Shown here: piece after piece, positions 11,271 to 20,051 of the stretch
Position numbering within the stretch: the stretch's first letter is position 1
Layout of the letters: each line of letters begins with the position of its first letter
Origin: an uncultured Acidimicrobiaceae bacterium
Lineage (GTDB): Bacteria; Actinomycetota; Acidimicrobiia; Spongiisociales; ZC4RG35
Direction: 5' to 3'
Assembly (NCBI GenBank): GCA_964558575.1
Contig: CAZLEQ010000005.1
Coordinates: 3,743 to 67,742 of the forward strand
Length of the DNA: 64,000 bases
Notes under the pieces: model-generated
What the model saw: only the letters and a program-made list of their open reading frames with translations
The model's database searches: none
Told to the model about the DNA's origin: nothing
Position numbers and translations under genes: made by a program

Positions 11271-11433
11271 TCGGAGCTCCTTTCGAAGGGAAGCGGTCGT
11301 CCAGGTCCCCAAGCCCTGACAGGTCGGGTCATTGGGCATGCTTTCATCCGAGAGTACGTGAGGATATGTGCGCCTGCGTGACGAGGCGTTCCGATAGATT
11401 CCCAACCGGAGCGTCAACCGGAGGAGTGAGCGA

Positions 11434-11778
11434 GTGTCCCAGGTACGAGTTGTCGCGATCCTTCGCATGAAAGACCGGCAGGCTGCACTTGACGTCCTCC
11501 GCCGAGTGAGTGCTGTGGCCGCGGGCATTCGTGGGGCCGAAGTGTGGGAGGCCTTCGTCGACGAGTCCGATCTCGTTTACTTGAATGAACGGTTCGACTC
11601 AGAGGATACGTACCTGAGTTACGAGAGTGCTGTGGATGAAGAGGGTCTGCGCCCCCTGGTCCGCAAAGCCTTAGAAATGGAGCGCCTGCTTCTTCTCACC
11701 CCTATTCAGGGCACGAGGCTGAAAGCCGACCTGCATGCTCTAGGAGCTATCGCCGTTCGCCCCATAGCCTCGGCGTAG
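11434..11778 (+). CDS. Putative ABM/quinol monooxygenase-like protein
   Basis: 114 aa, GGAGGAG upstream, ERFDSED pattern typical of dimeric alpha-beta barrels; less GC-biased codons. Confidence 0.5.
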   Translation: MSQVRVVAILRMKDRQAALDVLRRVSAVAAGIRGAEVWEAFVDESDLVYLNERFDSEDTYLSYESAVDEEGLRPLVRKALEMERLLLLTPIQGTRLKADLHALGAIAVRPIASA

Positions 11779-11874
11779 CCGGCGGCGGGGTAAGCCGCTC
11801 GAAATATCCGGCAAGATGATCTGGACTCGCACAAGACCGGGTGGCGGGGAGCCCGACACCTGACCAGTTTGCAG

Positions 11875-12300
11875 CTACCCCTCGGGCAGCCTCACCGCAC
11901 CCGCCTCGTCTATCGGCCAATGGGGGTTGTGGGCGACCTCCCATGGGTGACCGTCCGGATCGATGAACACACCCGAGTATCCGCCCCAGAAGGTATCCGC
12001 CGGCTCGCGGCTGATGGTGGCTCCAGCGGTCCGAGCCTCCTCGATCACTTCGTCGACCTCGGACCGGCTTCGGGTGTTGTGGGCCAGGGTCACCCCGCCC
12101 CACCCTCCCGGGTCCTCGATGGCGCTGTCCTCCGCCAGCCTCTCGCGGTCCCAAAGACCGAAGACGATGGCGCCTACCTGGAAGAAGACGACGTCGTCGG
12201 CGGATGACGGATCCTCGCTCCAACCCAGCGAGTGGTAGAACGACCTCGATCGGCTCAGATCGGTGACGCCCAATGTCACCACACTCAGTCTCTGTTCCAT
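11875..12300 (-). CDS. VOC/glyoxalase family protein
   Basis: VTLGVTDLSRSRSFY, FWGGYSGVFIDPDGHPWEVAHNP. Confidence 0.92.
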   Translation of the reverse strand: MEQRLSVVTLGVTDLSRSRSFYHSLGWSEDPSSADDVVFFQVGAIVFGLWDRERLAEDSAIEDPGGWGGVTLAHNTRSRSEVDEVIEEARTAGATISREPADTFWGGYSGVFIDPDGHPWEVAHNPHWPIDEAGAVRLPEG

Positions 12301-12318
12301 GAGACGAGCCTAAGCCGC

Positions 12319-12810
12319 TCACCCGGCGAAACAGCCCCAGAACTCGTTCACGACGTCGAAGTCGCCGAGGGTCGCCACCTCTCCGTCGGGACTCCGTGCC
12401 TCGACGTCACCGAGGCGGGCGGTGGCGGGGCCGCACCCACCCGGATCGGCGAGGTCGATGATGTCGATCGTCCCGGTCACGTCCCAGGTCTCATCGATCT
12501 CAGGAGTGGGCTCGTCTGGCTCGAGGACGTCGTCGCACCAGTTGGCGAAGAGGTCGGAGCCGAACTGGAGTTGCGCCCTCCAAGCTTCACCGGCAAGCTC
12601 CGAAGACGGAGGGACCTGACCCGCTTGGGCCGCCTCGAAGTCTTCGAAGTGCACGAACAGGCCAGCAGTCTCGTCCGAAGAGCCCAGGTAGAACCCGAAG
12701 CCACAACCGTATTGCTCGGTCAGCGGAGGAGGCTCGGGCGAAGCGGAGGGTTCGGGACCACATGCCGTGGCGACCAGTAACAGGCTGAGAGCGATCGTCG
12801 TCTTTCTCAC
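12319..12810 (-). CDS. Hypothetical lipoprotein
   Basis: Signal peptide with lipobox ATAC; four further Cys. Confidence 0.65.
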   Translation of the reverse strand: MRKTTIALSLLLVATACGPEPSASPEPPPLTEQYGCGFGFYLGSSDETAGLFVHFEDFEAAQAGQVPPSSELAGEAWRAQLQFGSDLFANWCDDVLEPDEPTPEIDETWDVTGTIDIIDLADPGGCGPATARLGDVEARSPDGEVATLGDFDVVNEFWGCFAG

Positions 12811-12818
12811 GGCTCTTC

Positions 12819-12845
12819 GACGATGCCGACCGCCCTACGGGTTCC
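12819..12845 (-). promoter_or_regulatory. Putative ECF-sigma promoter GGAACC-N17-CGTC
   Basis: Same motif and spacing as 27735-27761; resembles SigM/SigH-type promoters. Confidence 0.55.
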
Positions 12846-13029
12846 GCCTTCCTAACGGTGTGCGCGTCCATGGACGTGGAGAGGGTCGTGAAGCCCGGTG
12901 TTCGACGGGTCAGCTCCGTGCGGTCGACAGTTGGCCGAGGACTCACTCGCGTGGTCCGGCGTGGCCGGCTGGTCCCCCCGGACTCGGTTCCGTGTCGGGG
13001 CGGGTGGCCCATTAGCCTCGATGGGGAAT

Positions 13030-15567
13030 ATGACCAGGAACATTCCCGACAAGCCAGGCCTGGAAGGTCTCGAGACGAAGTGGGACGAGCGTTGGGAGAG
13101 TGACGGCACCTACCGCTTCGACGTCACCAAGACCCGACCCGAGATCTTTGCCATCGACACCCCGCCCCCGACGGTGTCGGGCTCGCTGCACATGGGGTCG
13201 GTGTTCGGCTACGTCCAGACTGATGCTCATGCCCGATATCGGCGGATGTCCGGCAATGAGGTCTTCTACCCGATGGGGTGGGACGACAACGGCCTCCCCA
13301 CGGAGCGCCGGGTCCAGAACTACTACGGGGTCCGCTGCGACCCATCGCTGCCTTACGACCGGGACTTCAGCCCACCCGAACAACCCCACGACCCCCCGAT
13401 CTCGATCAGCCGGCGCAACTTCATCGAGCTGTGTCACATCCTCACCGCCGAGGACGAGAAGGTCTTCGAGAACCTGTGGCGGACCCTGGGACTCTCGGTC
13501 GACTGGCACCAGACCTACGCCACCATCGACGAGCTGAGTCAACGCACCAGCCAGAAGGCTTTCCTCAACAACCTGGCCCGAGGCGAGGCGTACTCCCAGG
13601 ATGCCCCCGTGCTCTGGGATATCGACTTCCAGACCGCGGTCGCCCAGGCGGAGCTCGAAGACCGGGAGAAGGGTGGGGCGTACCACAAGATCGCTTTTCG
13701 CAGACCCGACGGCTCCGCGGTCCACATCGAGACCACGAGACCGGAGCTGATCTGCTCCTGCGTGGCCCTGGTCGCTCATCCCGAGGACCAGAGGTACCAG
13801 GACCTCTTTGGCACCACTGTCACGACTCCGTTGTTCGGCATCGAGGTGCCCGTCGTCTCCCACGAGCTGGCTGACCCGGAGAAGGGCACCGGGGTCGCCA
13901 TGATCTGCACCTTCGGTGACACCACCGATGTCACCTGGTGGCGAGAGCTCGACCTTCCGACCCGGGCGGTCATCCAACAGGACGGCCGTCTCCAGGAGGA
14001 GACTCCCGCGTGGCTCGACGGTGAGGGAGCGGTCGCCTACTCGGAGATAGCCGGGCTCTTCGCAAATCAAGCCCGACACAAGATGGCCGAGATGCTCGTC
14101 GAGTCTGGCGACCTCGACGGGGAGCCGCGTCAGATCATGCATCCGGTGAAGTTCTACGAGAAGGGCGACCGTCCCCTCGAGATAGTCACCAGTCGCCAGT
14201 GGTACATCCGCAACGGGGGTCGTGAGGAGAAGCTGCGCAAGGAGCTGCTGGTAAGGGGTGAGGAACTGGACTGGGTTCCCGAGTTCATGGGAGTTCGCTA
14301 CCAGCATTGGGTCGAGGGCTTGACCGGCGACTGGCTCATCTCCCGTCAGCGCTACTTCGGGGTGGCGATCCCGCTCTGGTACCCGGTGACCGAGGACGGC
14401 CACATCGATTACGAGAACCCGATCATCCCCGGCGATGACCAGCTTCCCATCGATCCCAGCTCCGACGCTCCGGAGGGATATGACGAGTCACGGCGTGGCC
14501 AACGCGGTGGTTTCGTCGGCGATCCCGACATCATGGACACCTGGGCGACCTCGTCACTGACTCCGCAGATCGCAGGCCACTGGGTGGACGATCCTGAGTT
14601 TTTCGCCAGGGTGTTTCCGATGGACATCCGGCCTCAAGGGCCTGAGATCATCCGCACCTGGCTGTTCTCGTCGACACTTCGCTCGCACTTCGAGCACGGT
14701 GCCCTTCCCTGGCACACCGCCACTATCAACGGGTGGATCCTCGATCCCGACCGCAAGAAGATGTCGAAGTCGATCGGGAACGTGGTCACCCCGATGCCGC
14801 TCATCGAGGAGTACGGGCCGGAGGCGGTGCGGTACTGGGCGTGTAACGGACGACCGGGGGTGGACACCGCGGTCGACTATGGCGTGATGAAGATCGGACG
14901 TCGTCTCGCCATCAAGATCCTCAACGCCTCTCGGTTCGCACTGAGGTTTGCGGAGACCGATGTCGACCGATCCGCGATCACCGAGCCGCTGGACCGCTCG
15001 ATGCTGGCGGGCCTTGCCGCGGTGGTCGAAGGCGCTACTGCTGCCTTCGACGAGTACGACTACACCAGGGCGCTCGAGATCGCCGAGAAGTCGTTCTGGG
15101 GTTGGACCGACGACTACGTCGAGCTGGTCAAGAGCCGGGCGTACGACGTCGGCCCCGGGGCGGCTTCGGCCCACGCCACACTGCAGTTCGCCCTGGGTGT
15201 CTATCTGCGTCTGTTCGCACCGTTCCTGCCCTTCGTCACCGAAGAGGTGTGGAGCTGGTGGAAGGAGGGGTCGGTTCATCTCTCTTCGTGGCCCTCGACA
15301 ACGGAGTTCGAGGGTCTCACCGGAGACGTCGAGGTCCTCGGGGCCGTCTCGAGAGTCCTCGGCGAGATCAGACGGGCCAAGTCTGACGCCAGGGCATCGA
15401 TGCGGGCCGAGATCGAGCACGTCGACGTGACCGCGGACGGGGAGCTGATCGACAGGGCACGGGCTGCCGAATCGGACTTGTTGGCCGCGGGTCGCGTTTC
15501 CGCCATCGAGTATGCGGAGGGGGAGTTCTCGGTCGTCAGCCGGCTGGCTCAGGACCCGAGCAGCTGA
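13030..15567 (+). CDS. valS: Valine--tRNA ligase
   Basis: DTPPPTVSGSLHMGS, GWDDNGLPTE, DWLISRQR, MDTW, KMSKS. Confidence 0.95.
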   Translation: MTRNIPDKPGLEGLETKWDERWESDGTYRFDVTKTRPEIFAIDTPPPTVSGSLHMGSVFGYVQTDAHARYRRMSGNEVFYPMGWDDNGLPTERRVQNYYGVRCDPSLPYDRDFSPPEQPHDPPISISRRNFIELCHILTAEDEKVFENLWRTLGLSVDWHQTYATIDELSQRTSQKAFLNNLARGEAYSQDAPVLWDIDFQTAVAQAELEDREKGGAYHKIAFRRPDGSAVHIETTRPELICSCVALVAHPEDQRYQDLFGTTVTTPLFGIEVPVVSHELADPEKGTGVAMICTFGDTTDVTWWRELDLPTRAVIQQDGRLQEETPAWLDGEGAVAYSEIAGLFANQARHKMAEMLVESGDLDGEPRQIMHPVKFYEKGDRPLEIVTSRQWYIRNGGREEKLRKELLVRGEELDWVPEFMGVRYQHWVEGLTGDWLISRQRYFGVAIPLWYPVTEDGHIDYENPIIPGDDQLPIDPSSDAPEGYDESRRGQRGGFVGDPDIMDTWATSSLTPQIAGHWVDDPEFFARVFPMDIRPQGPEIIRTWLFSSTLRSHFEHGALPWHTATINGWILDPDRKKMSKSIGNVVTPMPLIEEYGPEAVRYWACNGRPGVDTAVDYGVMKIGRRLAIKILNASRFALRFAETDVDRSAITEPLDRSMLAGLAAVVEGATAAFDEYDYTRALEIAEKSFWGWTDDYVELVKSRAYDVGPGAASAHATLQFALGVYLRLFAPFLPFVTEEVWSWWKEGSVHLSSWPSTTEFEGLTGDVEVLGAVSRVLGEIRRAKSDARASMRAEIEHVDVTADGELIDRARAAESDLLAAGRVSAIEYAEGEFSVVSRLAQDPSS

Positions 15568-15645
15568 GCCAACGGGTCTCAGAACGGAATCAGGTCCACC
15601 GGTGGAACAGGGTTTGACCAGCCTCCCCGTGGGTAACTGTCGCCG

Positions 15646-16800
15646 GTGACGAGAGAACCGACGGGTCGGGGGACGAGCCAGGTTCCCGCGGCCAACGAGC
15701 CGGAGCCCGAGGTGTGGCGTGAGAACTGGCCGCCACCGTCCTACTGGATCAAGGTGGGCCTCGCCCTCATCGGTGCGGTCGTTGCCCTCTTCCTGCTCGG
15801 GATCCTCCAGGGGATCCTCCTTGTGATATTCGCCTCTTTCGTCCTCGCCATCGGATTCCAGCCGGCCATCTCGTGGTTCGAACGCAGGGGGATGCGCCGT
15901 GGCCTGGGGCTGGGGCTCGTCCTCATGTCTTTTCTCGTGGTCGTGGGAGGCCTGCTGGCATTGGCGCTGCCCCTGATCCTGTCCCAGGTCGGTGACATCG
16001 TGGGCCAATTCCCGGTGCTCGTCGAGCGTCTCCAGGCAGGTGGCGGTCTCCTGGCCCGAGTGGCCGGGCTCATCGACCTCGACCGGATGACGACCGAGGC
16101 GACTGCGGACCCGGCCACCGCGCTGGAGATCGTAGGTAGCGTGGCCGGATTCACCTTCAACTTCCTCACCGTGTTGCTGGTGACTCCCTACTTCGCCATG
16201 TCCATGCCCGCCATCAAGCGGTGGCTGGTCCGACTGCTTCGCCCGCGCCATCGGGAGGATTTCATTGGTCTGCTCGGCCAGTCGACAGACCTGATCGCCA
16301 ACTTCATCATCGGGAACCTGGTGGTGAGCGTTATTGCAGGTCTGGTGACCTGGGTCGGGCTCACCCTGATAGGGGTCCCATATGCCCTCGCCCTCGCCGC
16401 CTGGGTGGCCATCACCGATCTGATCCCCATCCTCGGAGCGCTGCTCGGAGCGGCGGGAGTGGCCGCGGTCGCCTTCGTGGAGGCTCCCGAGACGGTCTTT
16501 TGGGCGATGCTGCTCCTTTTGGTCTACCAGCAGGTGGAGAACTTCTTGATCGCTCCCAGGGTGATGAACCGGGCGGTGGACCTGAGCCCGGCAACGGTGA
16601 TCATCGCCTTGATGGTGGGAGGGAGTCTCGCCGGGCTGCTGGGTGCCCTGTTGGCTCTGCCGCTGGCCGCGCTGGTCAAGATCATCGTCGAGGACTTCAT
16701 CGTGCAGGAGCGGATCGACAAGGTCAGTGCCGAAGTGACCGACGAAGCGCGTCAGGTGGGGCGAAGGCGGCGGCGCAGAGGGTCGCGCCCGCTCCCCTGA
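15646..16800 (+). CDS. AI-2E (PerM) family transporter
   Basis: Multi-TM; LIPILG, YQQVENFLIAPRVM, GLLGALLALP. Confidence 0.9.
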   Translation: MTREPTGRGTSQVPAANEPEPEVWRENWPPPSYWIKVGLALIGAVVALFLLGILQGILLVIFASFVLAIGFQPAISWFERRGMRRGLGLGLVLMSFLVVVGGLLALALPLILSQVGDIVGQFPVLVERLQAGGGLLARVAGLIDLDRMTTEATADPATALEIVGSVAGFTFNFLTVLLVTPYFAMSMPAIKRWLVRLLRPRHREDFIGLLGQSTDLIANFIIGNLVVSVIAGLVTWVGLTLIGVPYALALAAWVAITDLIPILGALLGAAGVAAVAFVEAPETVFWAMLLLLVYQQVENFLIAPRVMNRAVDLSPATVIIALMVGGSLAGLLGALLALPLAALVKIIVEDFIVQERIDKVSAEVTDEARQVGRRRRRRGSRPLP

Positions 16801-16813
16801 GTCGGACGGGAGA

Positions 16814-18145
16814 TCATCGCTCCCGTCCCAGCACGCGGTCGATGGCGGCCAGCCTCTCGGCAAGGGAGGCCTCCTCACCGAGATCCCCCGGTCTGAAGAG
16901 GGCTCTCGGCTCGATTCCGTCGGGGAAATACTGTTGTCTCACCACGCCACCCGGGTGCTCGTGGGAGTACTCGTAACCCTCACCATGCCCGATCTCGGCG
17001 GCGCCGCGATATCCGCTGCCGCGAAGATGGAGTGGCACCGATGGGGTTGGGCCGCTCTCGACCAGTTGCCGCGCCGCTCCGATCGCCCGACCAATGGAGT
17101 TCGACTTCGACGCTGTCGCCAGATAGAGGGTGGCGTGGGCGAGGTGATAGATCGCCTCGGGAAGCCCGACGTAGGCCAGGGCCTCGGCTGCGGCAACCGC
17201 CACCCCCAGCCCCGTGGAGTCGGCGAGCCCGATGTCCTCGGAGGCGAGGATGATCAGTCTCCTGGCAATGAACTCGGGGTCCTCGCCGCCTTCGAGCATC
17301 AACATCAGCCAGTACAACGCGGCGTCGGGGTCCGAGCCCCTGACCGACTTGATGAACGCCGAGATCACGTCGTAGTGGGAGTCGCCGGCCTTGTCGTAAC
17401 GGATCAGTCTCCTCTGCAGGGCCTCGGCGATGTCGTTGGTCTCAATCACCGGCCGGCCCTCGGCGGTCGCCATTCGTGCCGCCACCTCGAGGGCGTTGAG
17501 CGACTGGCGGGCGTCACCACCGGTGCGGGTGGCCAGCTCGCCAGCCGCCTCCGAGGGCAACTCGACACCCAGCCGACCGAGACCCCGTTCGACGTCGGCC
17601 ACCGCGGCCTGGAGGAGCGATTCGATGTCCTCGGGTGACAGCGGCTCGAGCCGGAACAAGGTCATCCGGCTCATCAGAGGGCTGTTGACCTCGAAGTAGG
17701 GATTCTCCGTCGTCGCTCCGACCAGGATCAGCGTGCCGTCCTCCACACCCGGCAGGAGGGCGTCCTGTTGATTCTTGGCGAAGCGGTGGATCTCATCGAG
17801 GAAGAGCACGGTCCTTCGTTCCTCGGTAGCCAGCAGGCGGCGCGCCTCGGCGAGTACCTCCCTGATGTCCTTGACCCCCGCCGAGGTGGCCGAGAGCGTC
17901 CGGAAAGCGGCATCGGCATGAGAGGCCACCAGCTTCGCCAAGGTGGTCTTCCCCGTGCCCGGAGGGCCCCAGAGGAGCATGGAGATGGGCTCGCCGGACT
18001 CGACGATGTGACGGAATGCAGCCCCCTCGGAGAGGAGTTTCGGCTGCCCGGCGACCTCTCCAATCGTCCTGGGCCGCATCCGAGTGGCCAGCGGCGCCGA
18101 ACGGGCGGCGAGGTCCTCGCCCCTTGCTTCGAACAGGTCGGTCAT
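16814..18145 (-). CDS. rarA: Replication-associated recombination protein A (MgsA)
   Basis: PLATRMRP, GPPGTGKTT, DEIHRF, ATTENP, SAFIKSVRGSDPDAALYW. Confidence 0.95.
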   Translation of the reverse strand: MTDLFEARGEDLAARSAPLATRMRPRTIGEVAGQPKLLSEGAAFRHIVESGEPISMLLWGPPGTGKTTLAKLVASHADAAFRTLSATSAGVKDIREVLAEARRLLATEERRTVLFLDEIHRFAKNQQDALLPGVEDGTLILVGATTENPYFEVNSPLMSRMTLFRLEPLSPEDIESLLQAAVADVERGLGRLGVELPSEAAGELATRTGGDARQSLNALEVAARMATAEGRPVIETNDIAEALQRRLIRYDKAGDSHYDVISAFIKSVRGSDPDAALYWLMLMLEGGEDPEFIARRLIILASEDIGLADSTGLGVAVAAAEALAYVGLPEAIYHLAHATLYLATASKSNSIGRAIGAARQLVESGPTPSVPLHLRGSGYRGAAEIGHGEGYEYSHEHPGGVVRQQYFPDGIEPRALFRPGDLGEEASLAERLAAIDRVLGRER

Positions 18146-18212
18146 CGGATCCGACAGTAACCCCCTCACGCCGCTCGCGAGCACAGGGAGGGTCCGTCGG
18201 TACGATTCGGAC

Positions 18213-20051
18213 GTGAGTGCCGGAGAGATAGGGTCGGTGGCCCTCTGGGCCGCGATCGCCTTCTCGGCGATCGCCACCGTCTCCGGGCATCGCTGGGCTC
18301 TCATCTCCGCGGGCGCGTCGAGCGCCGGCGCCACCGCCATCCTGACCGCGGCCCTGCTCACCGGGGACTTCTCCCTGGCCTATGTGGCGGAGACCACCAG
18401 CCTGGCGACGCCCTGGCCCTACCGGCTGGCCGCGTTGTGGGGGGGCATGGACGGATCGCTGCTCTTCTACACCGCGATGCTGCTGGTCATCGGGGCACTC
18501 TCGCTGCGCGCCGCGGTGGCCGTCAGGACTGCTTCGGTCGTCGGCCTGGGGTTGCTTCTCATCACTGCCCTACTCGCCAACCCGTTCGTGGTCACCGACA
18601 TCCCTGCGGTCGACGGTGTCGGTCTGCTGGCGATCTTGCAGCACCCCGCCATGATCTACCACCCACCGATCCTCTATCTCGGTTTGACCGTCCTGGTGGT
18701 GCCCTTCTCCTTGACCGCGGCACACCTCCTCCGCGCCACGGATCGTGAGCGCTGGCTGGGGCAGGTGCGTCGCTGGTTCTACGTCTCCTGGGCCCTGCTC
18801 ATCTTCGGCATGGCCGCCGGCGCCAACTGGGCGTATGTGGAACTGGGCTGGGGAGGCTACTGGGCGTGGGACCCGGTCGAGAACACGGCGCTCATGCCCT
18901 GGCTGGCGGTCACCATCTTCCTCCACACTTCACGGGTGGAGGAGTCGACGGGTCGGTTGCGTCGTTGGAACGCGCTGTTCGCCGCCCTGCCATTCGCCCT
19001 CACCGTCCTCGGTGTGTATCTGACCAGGTCCGGCGTCACCGGCTCGATCCACTCCTTCGCCGAGGACCCTGTGGTGGGACAGGTCCTCCTCGTTGCGGCA
19101 GGGATTGCGATCATCCTGGCCGCAGTGGGCGCGCTTCGCTCGCCACCGGGGGAGACGTGGAAGCAGTTTCGGCTCGATCGGAGCGGATGGCTGGCGCTCA
19201 ACGGTGCCCTGCTCAGCGCGGTGCTGGTGTTCGTCACAGCAGGCTCGGCCTATCCCGCCTTCGCCTCGGTGTTCCTCAACCGGTCGGTGATCGTCGACAG
19301 CAGGTATTTCGTCTTGACGGCGCTTCCCATTGCGATGGTGGTGGCGTTCAGCGTCTATCTAGCGCTGGGGCGGAGCGCCATGCTGTTCGCCGGGCTCACC
19401 GCGGTGACACTGGCCGCGGCCACGCTCGTCTCAGGGCCGCATCCGGGCGTGTTCCTGCTCGCACCGGCACTGGCCTCGGCACTGCTGCTCGCTCGCCTGG
19501 CGTCGCGGCGGAGGTCGGCCCCCCGGGTTCTCGTCTCCCGTCTCGCCCATCTCGGCATGGCCTTGTTTCTCGTAGGGGTGGGCGGCAGCGCCCTCGGCGA
19601 CGACTTCACCGGGTCGATGCGACCAGGAGATAGCGTGAGCGTCGCCGGGAAGGAGGTGCGTCTGGAGTATGTGGAGCTGGGCGAGGCAGATCGCTACCTC
19701 TTCGTGAGGGGTGGTTTCGACATCGAGGGGCGGACGGCGACTCCCGAGATACGCGCTTACGAGCAGCAGGCTCTTCCCGTGGCCGAGCCCGCCCTCCTCG
19801 CCGGTCTCTCCCAAGATGTGATCGTGGCGATCTCTCTCCTGTTCCCTGACGGTGAGACGGTCGAGGTCAGCGTGTTCGTGAGGCCTCTGGTGATGTGGGT
19901 CTGGGTGGGGGCGATCGTGATGGGTCTGGCGGGTCTGGTTGCTCTCTTCGGGAGAGGCGGAGTCGTCGCAGCGCGACGTCCACTGGCCACAGCAGTGCTG
20001 CAATCAGGAGGAACCACCAGCGGAGATAGCTCTCGGTCACCCCGGCGGTGA
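18213..20051 (+). CDS. ccmF: Cytochrome c biogenesis heme lyase CcmF
   Basis: LWGGMDGSLL, HPPILY, WAYVELGWGGYWAWDPVEN (WWD domain), SIHSF. Confidence 0.9.
   Translation: MSAGEIGSVALWAAIAFSAIATVSGHRWALISAGASSAGATAILTAALLTGDFSLAYVAETTSLATPWPYRLAALWGGMDGSLLFYTAMLLVIGALSLRAAVAVRTASVVGLGLLLITALLANPFVVTDIPAVDGVGLLAILQHPAMIYHPPILYLGLTVLVVPFSLTAAHLLRATDRERWLGQVRRWFYVSWALLIFGMAAGANWAYVELGWGGYWAWDPVENTALMPWLAVTIFLHTSRVEESTGRLRRWNALFAALPFALTVLGVYLTRSGVTGSIHSFAEDPVVGQVLLVAAGIAIILAAVGALRSPPGETWKQFRLDRSGWLALNGALLSAVLVFVTAGSAYPAFASVFLNRSVIVDSRYFVLTALPIAMVVAFSVYLALGRSAMLFAGLTAVTLAAATLVSGPHPGVFLLAPALASALLLARLASRRRSAPRVLVSRLAHLGMALFLVGVGGSALGDDFTGSMRPGDSVSVAGKEVRLEYVELGEADRYLFVRGGFDIEGRTATPEIRAYEQQALPVAEPALLAGLSQDVIVAISLLFPDGETVEVSVFVRPLVMWVWVGAIVMGLAGLVALFGRGGVVAARRPLATAVLQSGGTTSGDSSRSPRR

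Noticed and set aside
12850-13029. T-box leader before valS
   Set aside because: GGGTGGCCC lacks the GGTGGNACC T-box consensus and no stem I/specifier loop is recognisable
7296-16878. Long antisense ORFs (e.g. 8265-9425, 13012-14403, 14554-16878)
   Set aside because: Shadow frames of high-GC genes with no motifs; same for 37568-39265 and 28959-30338
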